A stretch of 57,531 nt of DNA from Oscillospiraceae bacterium (GTDB lineage: Bacteria; Bacillota; Clostridia; Oscillospirales; Ruminococcaceae). Where the stretch lies: the NCBI GenBank assembly GCA_036652515.1, contig JAVVVT010000001.1, positions 1-57,531 on the forward strand, read 5' to 3'. A program made the position numbers and the translations under genes. Every line of letters begins with the position of its first letter. The stretch's first letter is position 1. The notes below the pieces were generated by a model. That model was not told where the DNA came from, searched no databases, and was given only the letters and a program-made list of their open reading frames with translations. This document shows, piece after piece, positions 19,285-28,700 of this stretch.

Positions 19285-19452
19285 GATAAAGCACCTCCAT
19301 TTTTATTTGAGCAAATTAAAAGCACGGGCTAACAGTCCGTGCTTAATAAACTTCATCAATCAATTGACACAAAAAGTGCCAAAGATAACGCTTATTAACC
19401 CGTCCGCTAAAGCGAAGCAAGGTGAGTACACTAACTGTTACTGCTTTATTGC
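19285..19452 (-). promoter_or_regulatory. infC-rpmI-rplT leader RNA (candidate L20-responsive attenuator leader)
   Basis: About 170 nt of untranslated leader lies between the promoter and infC. It ends in an intrinsic-terminator-like hairpin just upstream of the RBS. This matches the Firmicute L20 leader arrangement. The fold was not computed. Confidence 0.55.
19312..19343 (-). terminator. Attenuator hairpin inside the infC leader
   Basis: Minus strand reads GCACGGACUGUUAGCCCGUGC followed by UUUUAAUUU. Confidence 0.6.
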
Positions 19453-19458
19453 CTTTCA

Positions 19459-19487
19459 AGTATACCACCCTCAAAGCCCCTTGTCAA
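19459..19487 (-). promoter_or_regulatory. Sigma-A type promoter of the infC operon
   Basis: Minus strand reads TTGACA (19482-19487), a 17-nt spacer, then TATACT (19459-19464) preceded by TGG (extended -10 like). Confidence 0.65.
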
Positions 19488-19672
19488 GGGTAATTATCCG
19501 CTGATTTTGTGGCTTTAGTGGTAATTTTTGTGAATGAAATCATTATAACACTTTTTTTGCTCTTTGGATATAATAATTTATTGATATTTAAAAGAAATTT
19601 TTTGGTATATTTTTACAGCTGTGGTCAAGAATAGCTGTGGAAAACAAAAATTCACTCATAGAGGTACTTAAA

Positions 19673-20284
19673 ATGAAAAAATACGAAACCGTTCTTCTCT
19701 TCTCCCTAATTTTTGCCCTTTTCGGCAGTTTTTTTGCCGACGTGAATATCCGTGCGGAAAAAGTGCGCAAAAACACCCTGCGCTTGCACATAATCGCCGC
19801 CACCGACAATGCCTATGACCAGCAAATAAAGCTCAATGTGAGGGACGCAATCCTTAATTTATCAGGGGAAATTTATCGTGACAGCGACAGTTTTCCCAAG
19901 GCGGTGAGCGCCACCCGTGAAAATATCAACCTGTTAAACGCCATATCAAACGACACTTTGGAGAGGCTGGGGGCAACTTACAAGGCGCAGTGCAGTGTGG
20001 AAACCTTTTATTTTGACACCACGGAATATGAAGATTTTACTATGCCAAAGGGGGAGTACACAGCCCTCACCGTGCGTTTGGGACAGGGGGAGGGGAAAAA
20101 CTGGTGGTGCGTATTATACCCCGAGCTGTGCATAGGCGCTGCGGACTGCCAATATGAAGATGCGGACAGCTCCTGTTTTATACAGACGGAAAAATATAAC
20201 ATAAAATTCAAGGCGGTGGAAGTTTTCGAAGAGGTAAAAGACTTCTTTTCGAGGGAAGAAAAACAGGTGTACAGCCATATTTGA
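19673..20284 (+). CDS. spoIIR: Stage II sporulation protein R (SpoIIR)
   Basis: Signal/TM N-terminus, then LRLHIIAATDNAYDQQIKLNVRDAIL and NWWCVLYPELC blocks typical of SpoIIR. Start placed at ATG 19673 with a GAGGT RBS. Confidence 0.85.
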   Translation: MKKYETVLLFSLIFALFGSFFADVNIRAEKVRKNTLRLHIIAATDNAYDQQIKLNVRDAILNLSGEIYRDSDSFPKAVSATRENINLLNAISNDTLERLGATYKAQCSVETFYFDTTEYEDFTMPKGEYTALTVRLGQGEGKNWWCVLYPELCIGAADCQYEDADSSCFIQTEKYNIKFKAVEVFEEVKDFFSREEKQVYSHI

Positions 20285-20307
20285 GGCTTCACTTTTTCAC
20301 TTTCCCC

Positions 20308-20336
20308 TTGACAACCTTGCTAAAATATATTATTCT
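20308..20336 (+). promoter_or_regulatory. Candidate promoter of the ileS leader
   Basis: TTGACA (20308-20313), a 17-nt spacer, then TATTCT (20331-20336). Confidence 0.45.
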
Positions 20337-20387
20337 TTATATTGTATATATCTCCGCTGATTTTATCCGTGGATATACACACACAAA

Positions 20388-20641
20388 CATTAAAGGCGAT
20401 GACAAAGACAGTAGCTTTTTATCTGCGAAACCAAAGCGAGGACGGGGCAGTGTGAGCCGTTCGGCGGTAGCAAAAAAGCGAACATCACTTTCGAGCTGTG
20501 GGCTGAAAGATTTTTTATTAAGCCTCACCGGTATTTCTCCGTTAAAAGAAAGACATATTTTTGTATGTTGTAATAGGTGGTTAAACAAAGGCTGTTTTAC
20601 GCCCTTGTCCTGTTTTATATAGGGCGAGGGCTTTTGTTTTT
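20388..20641 (+). promoter_or_regulatory. T-box riboswitch leader (Ile; candidate specifier AUC)
   Basis: GCGAUGA K-turn-like start, an AGCGAG bulge, a GGCAGUGUGAG distal loop, and GAAC-AUC-A in specifier position. The T-box sequence is degenerate (AAUAGGUGGUUAAAC). The terminator is GCCCUUGUCC...GGGCGAGGGC plus UUUUGUUUUU (20601-20641). Lies directly upstream of ileS. Confidence 0.65.
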
Positions 20642-20676
20642 ATCTACTGCAACAAAACCGTGAAGGAGGATTTAAA

Positions 20677-23600
20677 ATGTACAAAAAAGTACCAACCGAC
20701 CTGAATTTTGTCGCAAGAGAAAAAGAGGTTGAAAATTTTTGGAAAGAGAATGACATTTTCAAAAAGTCTATGGAGCAGAACGCAGGAGGGGCGAAATACA
20801 CCTTTTACGACGGACCCCCGACGGCTAACGGCAAGCCCCATATCGGTCATGTTTTAACAAGAGTTATCAAGGATATGGTTCCCCGTTACCACAATATGAA
20901 AGGGGAATACGTCCCAAGAAAAGCCGGCTGGGACACCCACGGTCTGCCTGTGGAGTTAGAAGTAGAGAAGGCTATCGGGATAAATGGCAAGGAGCAAATC
21001 GAGGCTTACGGTCTTGAGCCATTTATCAAAAAGTGCAAGGAAAGTGTCTGGCAATACAAGGGTATGTGGGAAGATTTTTCAGGCACTGTGGGCTTTTGGG
21101 CTGATATGGACAACCCCTATGTCACCTACCACAACGATTATATCGAGAGCGAATGGTGGGCTTTAAAGCAAATTTGGGAAAAAGGTCTGCTTTACAAAGG
21201 CTTTAAAATCGTCCCTTATTGTCCACGCTGCGGCACTCCTCTGTCCAGCCACGAGGTAGCTCAAGGCTACAAGGACATAAAAGAGCGCAGTGCTATCGCC
21301 AAGTTCAAAGTAAAAGATGAGGACGCCTTTATCTTAGCTTGGACAACTACCCCCTGGACTCTCCCCTCAAATGTGGCGCTCTGCGTCAACCCACAGGTGG
21401 ACTATGTCAAGGTTAAGTGCGATGACGGCAATGTTTACTATCTGTCTTTCGCCCTTTGCGATGCCGTTTTAGGCGAGGGCAAATATGAGGTTTTAGAGCA
21501 TTTTACAGGCAAAGAATTGGAATATAAAGAGTACGAACCTCTGTGGCGCTTTGTCAGCCCGAAAGAGAAGTGCTGGTATGTCACCTGCGCCGACTATGTC
21601 ACCATAACAGACGGCACGGGTATAGTCCATATCGCACCTGCCTTTGGTGAGGACGACGCCATAGTAGGCAAGGCTTACAATCTGCCTTTTGTCCAGTTGG
21701 TAGACTCCAAGGGCGAGATGACCAAGGAGACAAAATGGGCTGGAATGTTCTGCAAAACCGCCGACGAAAAGATTTTGCAAGACCTGCGTGAGAGCAAACA
21801 ATTGTTCAAAGCGCCGATTTTTGAGCATAGCTACCCCCATTGCTGGAGGTGCGACACCCCTTTAATTTATTACGCAAGAGACTCTTGGTTCATCAAGATG
21901 ACCGATGTTAAGGACGACCTTGTCCGCAACAATAAAACTATAAACTGGATACCCGAGAGCATAGGCAAAGGCCGCTTTGGCGACTGGATTGAGAACGTGC
22001 AGGACTGGGGAATTTCAAGAAACCGCTACTGGGGTACCCCTTTGAACATCTGGGAATGTGAGTGTGGACACAAGCACTCGGTGGGCAGTATCGCCGAGTT
22101 AAAGAGTATGTCCCCCAATTGTCCCGACGACATTGAGCTTCACCGCCCCTATATCGACGGCGTGACCATCACCTGTCCGGTCTGTGGCAAGCAGATGAAA
22201 AGAGTGCCTGAGGTGATAGATTGCTGGTTTGACTCCGGAAGTATGCCTTTCGCCCAGCATCACTATCCATTTGAAAATAAGGAGCTCTTCGAGAGCCAAT
22301 TTCCGGCGCAGTTTATCAGCGAGGCGGTTGACCAAACCCGTGGCTGGTTCTACTCCCTTTTGGCAATCTCCACCCTCCTGTTCAACAAAGCCCCCTATGA
22401 AAACGTCATAGTTTTAGGTCACGTTCAGGACGCAAACGGACAGAAGATGTCCAAATCCAAAGGCAACGCCGTTGACCCATTTGACGCTCTTCACAACTTC
22501 GGTGCTGATGCCATTCGCTGGTATTTCTGTGCCAACAGCGCCCCTTGGTTACCCAACAAATTTTACGATAAAGCGGTGGTAGAATATCAGCGCAAGTTTA
22601 TGGGTACCTTATGGAACGTCTACGCTTTCTTTGTTCTGTACGCTGAAATAGACCAGTTTGACGGGACAAAACACACCTTGGGATATGATAATCTATCTGT
22701 TATGGACCGCTGGCTACTCTCAAGATTAAACTCAATGGTAAAAAATACCGACGAGCATTTAAGCGCTTATCGCATACCCGAGGCGACAAAATCTCTTCAG
22801 GAATTTGTGGACGATATGTCCAACTGGTATGTCCGCCGCAGCAGGGAGCGTTTCTGGGCAAAGGGTATGGAGCAGGACAAGATAAACGCCTATATGACCC
22901 TGTACACCGCATTGGTTACCCTTTCAAAGGCAGCTGCGCCAATCGTCCCCTTTATGACTGAGCAGATTTATCAAAACTTGGTCTGCACCGTGGACAAAAC
23001 TGCTCCCGTGAGCGTTCATCTCTGCCGATATCCTGTGGCTGATACAAAGCGGATAGACACCGAGCTTGAAAAAGATATGTCCTTGGTTTTAGAAATCGCC
23101 ACCTTAGGCCGTGCCGCAAGAAACGCCGCAAACCTTAAAAATCGCCAGCCTTTGGCAAGCTTATATGTGAAGGCAGACCGCCGTTTGAACGATTATTACG
23201 AGGCTATCATCGCCGAGGAATTAAACGTAAAATCCGTGGAAGAAATCTCTGATGCCTCCGGATATATCAGCTATACTTTCAAGCCACAGCTCAAGACCTT
23301 AGGTCCAAAATTCGGCAAGAGATTAGGGGAAGTCAAGGCGCTTTTAGCCTCTTTAGACGGTGGAAAAGCCAAGGCGGAGTTAGATAAAAACGGAGCCATA
23401 ACCCTCCTTTCTCCGGCGGGAGACATCGTTCTCACCGCAGAGGACTTGCTAATCGAAACCAAGCAGACCGAGGGATTTGAGAGTGTCAGCGACAATAATG
23501 TAATCGTGGCTTTAGACACAAATATCACCCCCCAGCTTTTGGAAGAGGGCTTTGTGAGAGAGGTTATTTCCAAGCTTCAAACTATGCGCAAAGAGGCTGA

Positions 23601-23793
23601 TTTTCAGGTGCTTGACCATATAAAAGTGTATATGACCGCCGACGAAAAGCTCTGTGACATAGTGAAGAAAAATGCAGCGGAAATAGAAGAAAACACCCTT
23701 GCCCTGTCCATAGAATTTTCAAAAGGCGAGGGCTACACCAAGGACTGGGATATCAACGGCGAGCAAGCGACCTTCACCGTGGTAAAGCAGTAG
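20677..23793 (+). CDS. ileS: Isoleucyl-tRNA synthetase (long, type 2-like form)
   Basis: 1038 aa. HIGH motif PTANGKPHIGH, KMSKS motif QKMSKSKGN, and an editing CP1 insertion. Confidence 0.95.
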   Translation: MYKKVPTDLNFVAREKEVENFWKENDIFKKSMEQNAGGAKYTFYDGPPTANGKPHIGHVLTRVIKDMVPRYHNMKGEYVPRKAGWDTHGLPVELEVEKAIGINGKEQIEAYGLEPFIKKCKESVWQYKGMWEDFSGTVGFWADMDNPYVTYHNDYIESEWWALKQIWEKGLLYKGFKIVPYCPRCGTPLSSHEVAQGYKDIKERSAIAKFKVKDEDAFILAWTTTPWTLPSNVALCVNPQVDYVKVKCDDGNVYYLSFALCDAVLGEGKYEVLEHFTGKELEYKEYEPLWRFVSPKEKCWYVTCADYVTITDGTGIVHIAPAFGEDDAIVGKAYNLPFVQLVDSKGEMTKETKWAGMFCKTADEKILQDLRESKQLFKAPIFEHSYPHCWRCDTPLIYYARDSWFIKMTDVKDDLVRNNKTINWIPESIGKGRFGDWIENVQDWGISRNRYWGTPLNIWECECGHKHSVGSIAELKSMSPNCPDDIELHRPYIDGVTITCPVCGKQMKRVPEVIDCWFDSGSMPFAQHHYPFENKELFESQFPAQFISEAVDQTRGWFYSLLAISTLLFNKAPYENVIVLGHVQDANGQKMSKSKGNAVDPFDALHNFGADAIRWYFCANSAPWLPNKFYDKAVVEYQRKFMGTLWNVYAFFVLYAEIDQFDGTKHTLGYDNLSVMDRWLLSRLNSMVKNTDEHLSAYRIPEATKSLQEFVDDMSNWYVRRSRERFWAKGMEQDKINAYMTLYTALVTLSKAAAPIVPFMTEQIYQNLVCTVDKTAPVSVHLCRYPVADTKRIDTELEKDMSLVLEIATLGRAARNAANLKNRQPLASLYVKADRRLNDYYEAIIAEELNVKSVEEISDASGYISYTFKPQLKTLGPKFGKRLGEVKALLASLDGGKAKAELDKNGAITLLSPAGDIVLTAEDLLIETKQTEGFESVSDNNVIVALDTNITPQLLEEGFVREVISKLQTMRKEADFQVLDHIKVYMTADEKLCDIVKKNAAEIEENTLALSIEFSKGEGYTKDWDINGEQATFTVVKQ

Positions 23794-23866
23794 AAAAAAT
23801 GTGTGGGTAGTAGAAAATTTATGGGTAAAGCAATAGAAATTTTATAGGTAAGCAGTAGGAAAACCC
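23781..23866. repeat. Four degenerate copies of about 21 bp of the ileS terminal sequence (GGTAAAGCAGTAGAAAA-like)
   Basis: Copies start near 23781 (contains the real TAG stop at 23791-23793), 23805, 23821 and 23844. Confidence 0.75.
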
Positions 23867-24057
23867 GTCTTTTGACGGCGGAAGTTCCTACCTCGCCCCC
23901 GATAAGATAGTTGGAAAGCGTTCTTTTTGACGGCAGAAGTTCCTACCTCGACCCGATAAGATAGTTGGGGAAGCGTTCTTTTTGACGGCGGAAGTTCCTA
24001 CCTCGACCCGATAAGATAGTTGGGGAAACCGTTTTTTGACGGCGGAAGTCCTATTTT
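23866..24057. repeat. 55-bp tandem repeat, 3.5 copies
   Basis: GAAGTTCCTACCTCG(A/C)CCCGATAAGATAGTTGG units start at 23881, 23936 and 23991, with a truncated copy at 24045. A 36-nt exact match links units 2 and 3. Confidence 0.9.
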
Positions 24058-24123
24058 GAATTTCAATAATGTAATCTAAAATTTTATTAGGAAATCCCAT
24101 AATAAAATAAATCCAATAAAAAA

Positions 24124-24165
24124 CCTCTTGAAAATAGCCTAAAATGGCATTTCAAGAGGTTTTTT
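24124..24165. terminator. Bidirectional intrinsic terminator between the convergent ileS and glycosyltransferase genes
   Basis: AAAAA-CCTCTTGAAA...TTTCAAGAGG-TTTTTT: a perfect 10-bp stem flanked by an A-run and a T-run. Confidence 0.8.
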
Positions 24166-24371
24166 GGGTTGATAATTTTTAAAATCCATAAAAAATAATA
24201 CTGAAAATCAAAACTTTTTCCTTTTTACCCTACATCTTTATATTTGCTTACTATGTACATTTTTCTGTTTTTCAAAATGCCGTCTGTAAATATAAATAAA
24301 AATCGTATGGATATATTTTCGCTCAAAGTTTTTTCTAAAAGACAGCTACAAGCCCTTTAAAATTCCAAGGC

Positions 24372-25511
24372 TCAATTGCTGTGATTTACATCAAAACTTT
24401 CCGATTTATCCATCAAAAATCTGCACAAATCCCTTGTGGCATTTGGCTTTGAGATGTCCACCATAGCCTCACGCAGATTTTTCAGCCTGCTCTTGCTGTA
24501 AAGCAAAATTCCAAGGCAAAGCTCAACGGGAAAACTCCTCTGGGCGGCGATAGCACAGCCCATATTGTTCAGGAACAGCACGTTATTTTCCTCCATACCG
24601 GGCAACGGGTCATACATTATTATAGGCAGTTGTTTTGCCAGCGCCTCACTGATGGTTATTCCACCCGGCTTTGTGATTATGCAGTCGCAGGCGTCCATAA
24701 GCAAATCCACCTCATTTGAATATCCAAACAGGTGCATTGTATTTTTTGTGGTCAATTTGTCCATATCCGAATATAGGGTTTTATTAGAACCACAGACCAC
24801 TGCAAACTGGATATCGGCAAAGTTTTCATCGATTTTTTTCACGCAATCCGCAATTTTTCCATAGCCCATTCCGCCGCTCATAATCAGCACGCAAAACTTT
24901 TTTCGGTCAAATCCAAGAATTTCCCTCGCCTTGTCTTTATCTGTTTTTGTAGAAAATTTATCGTCTATGGGTATGCCAAAAGGCAGGATTTTTTTTAAGC
25001 TTATCCCCCTCGCCGCCGCCTGAATATTCAGCATTTCGCTGTAAGTGACTATGTAATCCAGATGGGCGGTGTCCTCCCAATAGGTCTGAACGGTGAAGTC
25101 GGTTATAACTCCACAGGTCACCGCATGGATTTTTCCGTCCTCTTTTAGGTCATTTATCACCTGTGCCGCATAAACTTGGGTGCAAATGATGATATCAGGG
25201 GCGTAATCCAAAAGATATTTGTATAATCCCGAGGATAAAAGCTCATTTTGCAAAGAAGAAAAAATATGGCTTTCGGGCTCCGACTGCTCATTTATATAAT
25301 AAATTTCGCTTGCCAAATTTCTCACCGCCATAGCAGATTTCATTGTGTAATAATAAGCTTTTTCGATGAAGGCTTTTAGCATAGGGTCGATATGTTCGTA
25401 CATATCCAAAATTTTGCACTCCACATCTATGGTGTCAAAATGATTTTTTATCGCCTTCGCACAGGCGGTGTGTCCATTTCCCAGTGGCACGCTTATTATT
25501 AATACTTTCAA
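24372..25511 (-). CDS. Diacylglycerol glycosyltransferase (MGDG synthase / UgtP-like, GT28)
   Basis: 379 aa. N-terminal MKVLIISVPLGNGHTACAKAI (MGDG_synth-type) and a C-terminal GT28 domain (ITKPGGITISEALA). Confidence 0.8.
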   Translation of the reverse strand: MKVLIISVPLGNGHTACAKAIKNHFDTIDVECKILDMYEHIDPMLKAFIEKAYYYTMKSAMAVRNLASEIYYINEQSEPESHIFSSLQNELLSSGLYKYLLDYAPDIIICTQVYAAQVINDLKEDGKIHAVTCGVITDFTVQTYWEDTAHLDYIVTYSEMLNIQAAARGISLKKILPFGIPIDDKFSTKTDKDKAREILGFDRKKFCVLIMSGGMGYGKIADCVKKIDENFADIQFAVVCGSNKTLYSDMDKLTTKNTMHLFGYSNEVDLLMDACDCIITKPGGITISEALAKQLPIIMYDPLPGMEENNVLFLNNMGCAIAAQRSFPVELCLGILLYSKSRLKNLREAMVDISKPNATRDLCRFLMDKSESFDVNHSN

Positions 25512-25551
25512 AAAAATTCACTCCTCTTCTGTCCTGACAGAGTTTTTATAT

Positions 25552-25775
25552 TTATACTATTATGCAATAAAAATCCATAAAAGTTTTCCTTGCGGTAAAA
25601 TAATCTTTAAAGAAATCCCGTCGCTTATCCTCGTTCCCCACTCGTCAATTTATTCATCAAAAATCATAAAATTTTTCTCGTGGATAAATCACTTTTAAAC
25701 AAATTCCGCCGTTTGTCTTCGTTCCCCACTCGTCAATTTATTCATCAAAACTCCATAAAATCATTTAAATGGAAA
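25552..25775. repeat. 88-bp tandem duplication (about 2.5 copies) including the last 10 codons of addA
   Basis: A 32-nt exact repeat TCGTTCCCCACTCGTCAATTTATTCATCAAAA occurs at 25631-25662 and 25719-25750, with flanking similarity. A third partial copy lies near 25552-25597. Confidence 0.9.
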
Positions 25776-28700
25776 GAGTAGATAAGGCAAGCGACTTTAT
25801 CGGTTTCAAAAAGCTGCTTTGCGCTGTAACGATAGAGCTCAAGCTGGGCGGAGTAGCGTTCTTTCAGCTGCTGCATAGTTTGTACCCTGTCTGTTTTGTA
25901 GTCAATAACCAGCACATCATCGCCATTTACCACCACGCAGTCCATAACTCCCTGCACCAAAAGTTCATCATTTTCGTATACGCTGTCCCCCATCGCCTTG
26001 CCGGCGTTGTATGGCACCAAGAAATCCTTTTCCACAAAAACTTTTTCGCCATTTAATATTTTCACCGCCACAGGGCTTTCAATGAAAAATTTCAGCGCCT
26101 GAATATCCAAAAGCGTGGAGTCCACAAGACCTAAATTTTCCAGCCTTACCAGCTCGCTATCAAAGTTTGCCCGTGCCAACAAAATATCGCAGTGCTGAAC
26201 AAATCTGTGCATTGCACTGCCTTTTTCCGCCGGTGTCACCTTGTTTTCCCTTAAAAAATCTGGGCTGGCGAGGACCAAGGGAGGCGGTGTTTTTGCAATT
26301 TCACTCACCGACAGCTTTATTGGCAGTCGAGTTTTGGCAAGTTTTGGGTAAGTATATTCAAAATGTTCCTCAATGGCGGACACTTCTGCTTCAATAGGTG
26401 TCTGGTAAACTGTGTTCTGTGCGCCGTCCGCCTGGGTTTCATCTGATAAAAACTCAATATCCCCACACCTTGCGCTGTCTTGGTCAGGGGTGCCAAAACC
26501 GAATTTATCCACTAAAACCGGGTGGCTTGCAAAGGCGGAAATCACCCAGCGGATAGGGGAATTTCCCCTTTGAATAGCGCATGTATTGACTGTTTCACCC
26601 GTGCCTGCCACCAACTTTTTCAGGGTGTTCTCGGTAAAACTGCTGTTGTACTCTCCGCTCAAAACCAAAAGATTTTTTGCTCTGGTAAAAGCCACATAAA
26701 GCAGTCTCATCTCTTCATTTGCCATTTCACGGGTCTTTTTTCTCTTCAACGCTTGTATTCCTATGGTGGAATAATTGTACCCAAAGCGTGAATTATAATA
26801 GGTGGCTATCCCCAATTCCACATCTAACATAAGGTGCTTTGACCTGTCCATTGTATTGAATTTTGTTGCAAGCCCACAGACGAAACATATGGGGTACTCC
26901 AAGCCTTTAGATGTGTGCATGGTCATTATGGAGACGGCGTTTTCAGGCTTTTGCACATCACTTGAGCCGCCTTTTCCGCTTGCTAAGTACATATCAATCC
27001 AGCGCACAAAGCCCTGTATTGAGCTTTGGTATGTGAGGGCGTAATTTTTTGCAAAGGATATGAACCAGCGTATGTTCTCCCTCTTTTCGCCCCCGTCCTC
27101 ACTGAAGGCTAAACGAGAATAATATCCTGTTTTTTTGCATATATAGTCAATCAGTTTATCGGCAGAAAAAGTATCGGCAGCCCAGGTGATGTCCTTTAAA
27201 ACCCCTAACATATACTTTGCTTTTGCTTCATCGCTCAGTGCCAAAGCTTTATAGAGGCTTTGGCTTTTATCTTTTGTGCGTATTTTTAAAATTTCATCTA
27301 AGGAAAAAGAGAAGATGTCCCCAAACATTGCCGCCGTCAAATATACCTCCTGCAAGGGGTTTGAGACCACCCGCAAAATGCTTATAAGGCTTTGGATTTC
27401 AGCTTTTTTCAAAATTAGCTCATCGTCCTTCACGAACGCCTCACAGCCTAACTGCTTTAGGGCATTTTTGTATCGGGTAAAGTTTTTAGAGTTCCTCATA
27501 AGAATACAAAAATCCTTGTTTTTAACACAGCGCAGCTCGCCATTCTCTTCGATTTGATAGCCGGATTTTATCATTTGGCTTATGGTTTTTGCCACGTTTT
27601 CCGCCTCATTATCTTGATAAATGTTGATTTTAAGGGCAATTTCTTTGAAATCGTCGGTTTTCAGCGTCTTTAAATATTCATCTTTTGCATAGTCAACCCC
27701 TCCCACCTCAGTTGTCATAAGCCGATTAAAAATATAGTTTACCCCTCTTATAACCGATGGGCTGCTCCTGAAATTATGGGGCAAAAATATGGTGTTACCC
27801 AAAGATTTGTCCTCTATTCCCACCTGTCTTTTGGATAAAAATATCTCGGGGCTGGCTTTTCTAAAGCCGTAAATGCTCTGTTTTACGTCGCCCACCACAT
27901 ACAAATTTTTTTGATTTTCTCGGGCAATCATAGTAAAAATCGCATCTTGTACATAGCTTGTATCCTGAAATTCGTCCTCCATTATATACTCGTAATGCTC
28001 ACGCAGTCCTATTGCCAAGGGCGTTGGACTGCCATCGGGATTTTTTAAAAGCTTGAGGGCAAAATGTTCAAAATCAGAAAATTCGTAGCTCTCTTTTTCC
28101 TTTTTTACCTCTGCCAAACATTTTTGATAGTATAAATATACATCTATAAGCACATCAATATAGGGTTTTGTCCCTTTCATATGCTCTTGAAAACTTCCAT
28201 CGACAATAAACTTTATATCATTTTCCATCTCTTTTAAGACGGCTTTATATTCTTTATATATGCCCTCATTTATTATTTTGCTATCTTCGCAGGCAGGCTT
28301 TGCACGCCCCAGCGCCAGCGCCGTCCCCGAGCATATGGAGTACAGCTCATCAAAAAGTTGCCCTTTGGTCAACACCTTAATTTTTATGGATAAATCGACC
28401 ACCTTTGCAATTCCGTCCTCATAGCCGGAAAAATCAGCTTTTTCGTACAACTTCGTCATTCTTTCAGACAGATACACCAAGTAATCGGCTTTTTGCTCCA
28501 GCCCTTTGATGATTTCGCCTATCCACGGGCTCTTTGAAAGGGGCAGATTTTCGTCATAATTCTCCCTCATCTCCTCCGCCCTTTTTAAAGGCTCAGGCAG
28601 AGCGGAAAAGAAATAATTCATCTCCAATAAAAACTTGCGTATCTCGCTGTCCTGACTGCTCCGACCATAAAATGACACCAATTTTTTGAAATTCGGAAGG

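Noticed and set aside
19590-19672. Sigma-F-type forespore promoter upstream of spoIIR
   Set aside because: GTATA and GGTCAAGAATA elements are present. However, the spacing (about 13 nt) and the -10 positions do not fit the GYATA-N15-GGnnAnAnT consensus well enough to support a call.
20281-20622. 113-aa plus-strand ORF (and 83-aa minus-strand ORF) between spoIIR and ileS
   Set aside because: The region carries T-box leader motifs and a terminator, and there is no RBS. The same reasoning rejects ORF 38253-38462 over the aspS T-box leader.
23881-23894. GAAGTTCCTA, identical to the first 10 nt of the yeast FRT arm, repeated three times
   Set aside because: This is only a 10-nt coincidence. There is no inverted partner arm at FRT spacing and no tyrosine recombinase nearby.
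23866-24057. Possible CRISPR array (regular 55-bp periodicity)
   Set aside because: The units abut directly with no unique spacers between them. Only 3.5 copies are present, there are no cas genes, and the unit is derived from the ileS 3' end.
23888-24100. 70-aa minus-strand ORF with repeated SAVKK...PTILSG segments
   Set aside because: The frame is created by the 55-bp tandem repeat downstream of ileS. It has no RBS and runs antisense into a terminator. I treat it as non-coding.
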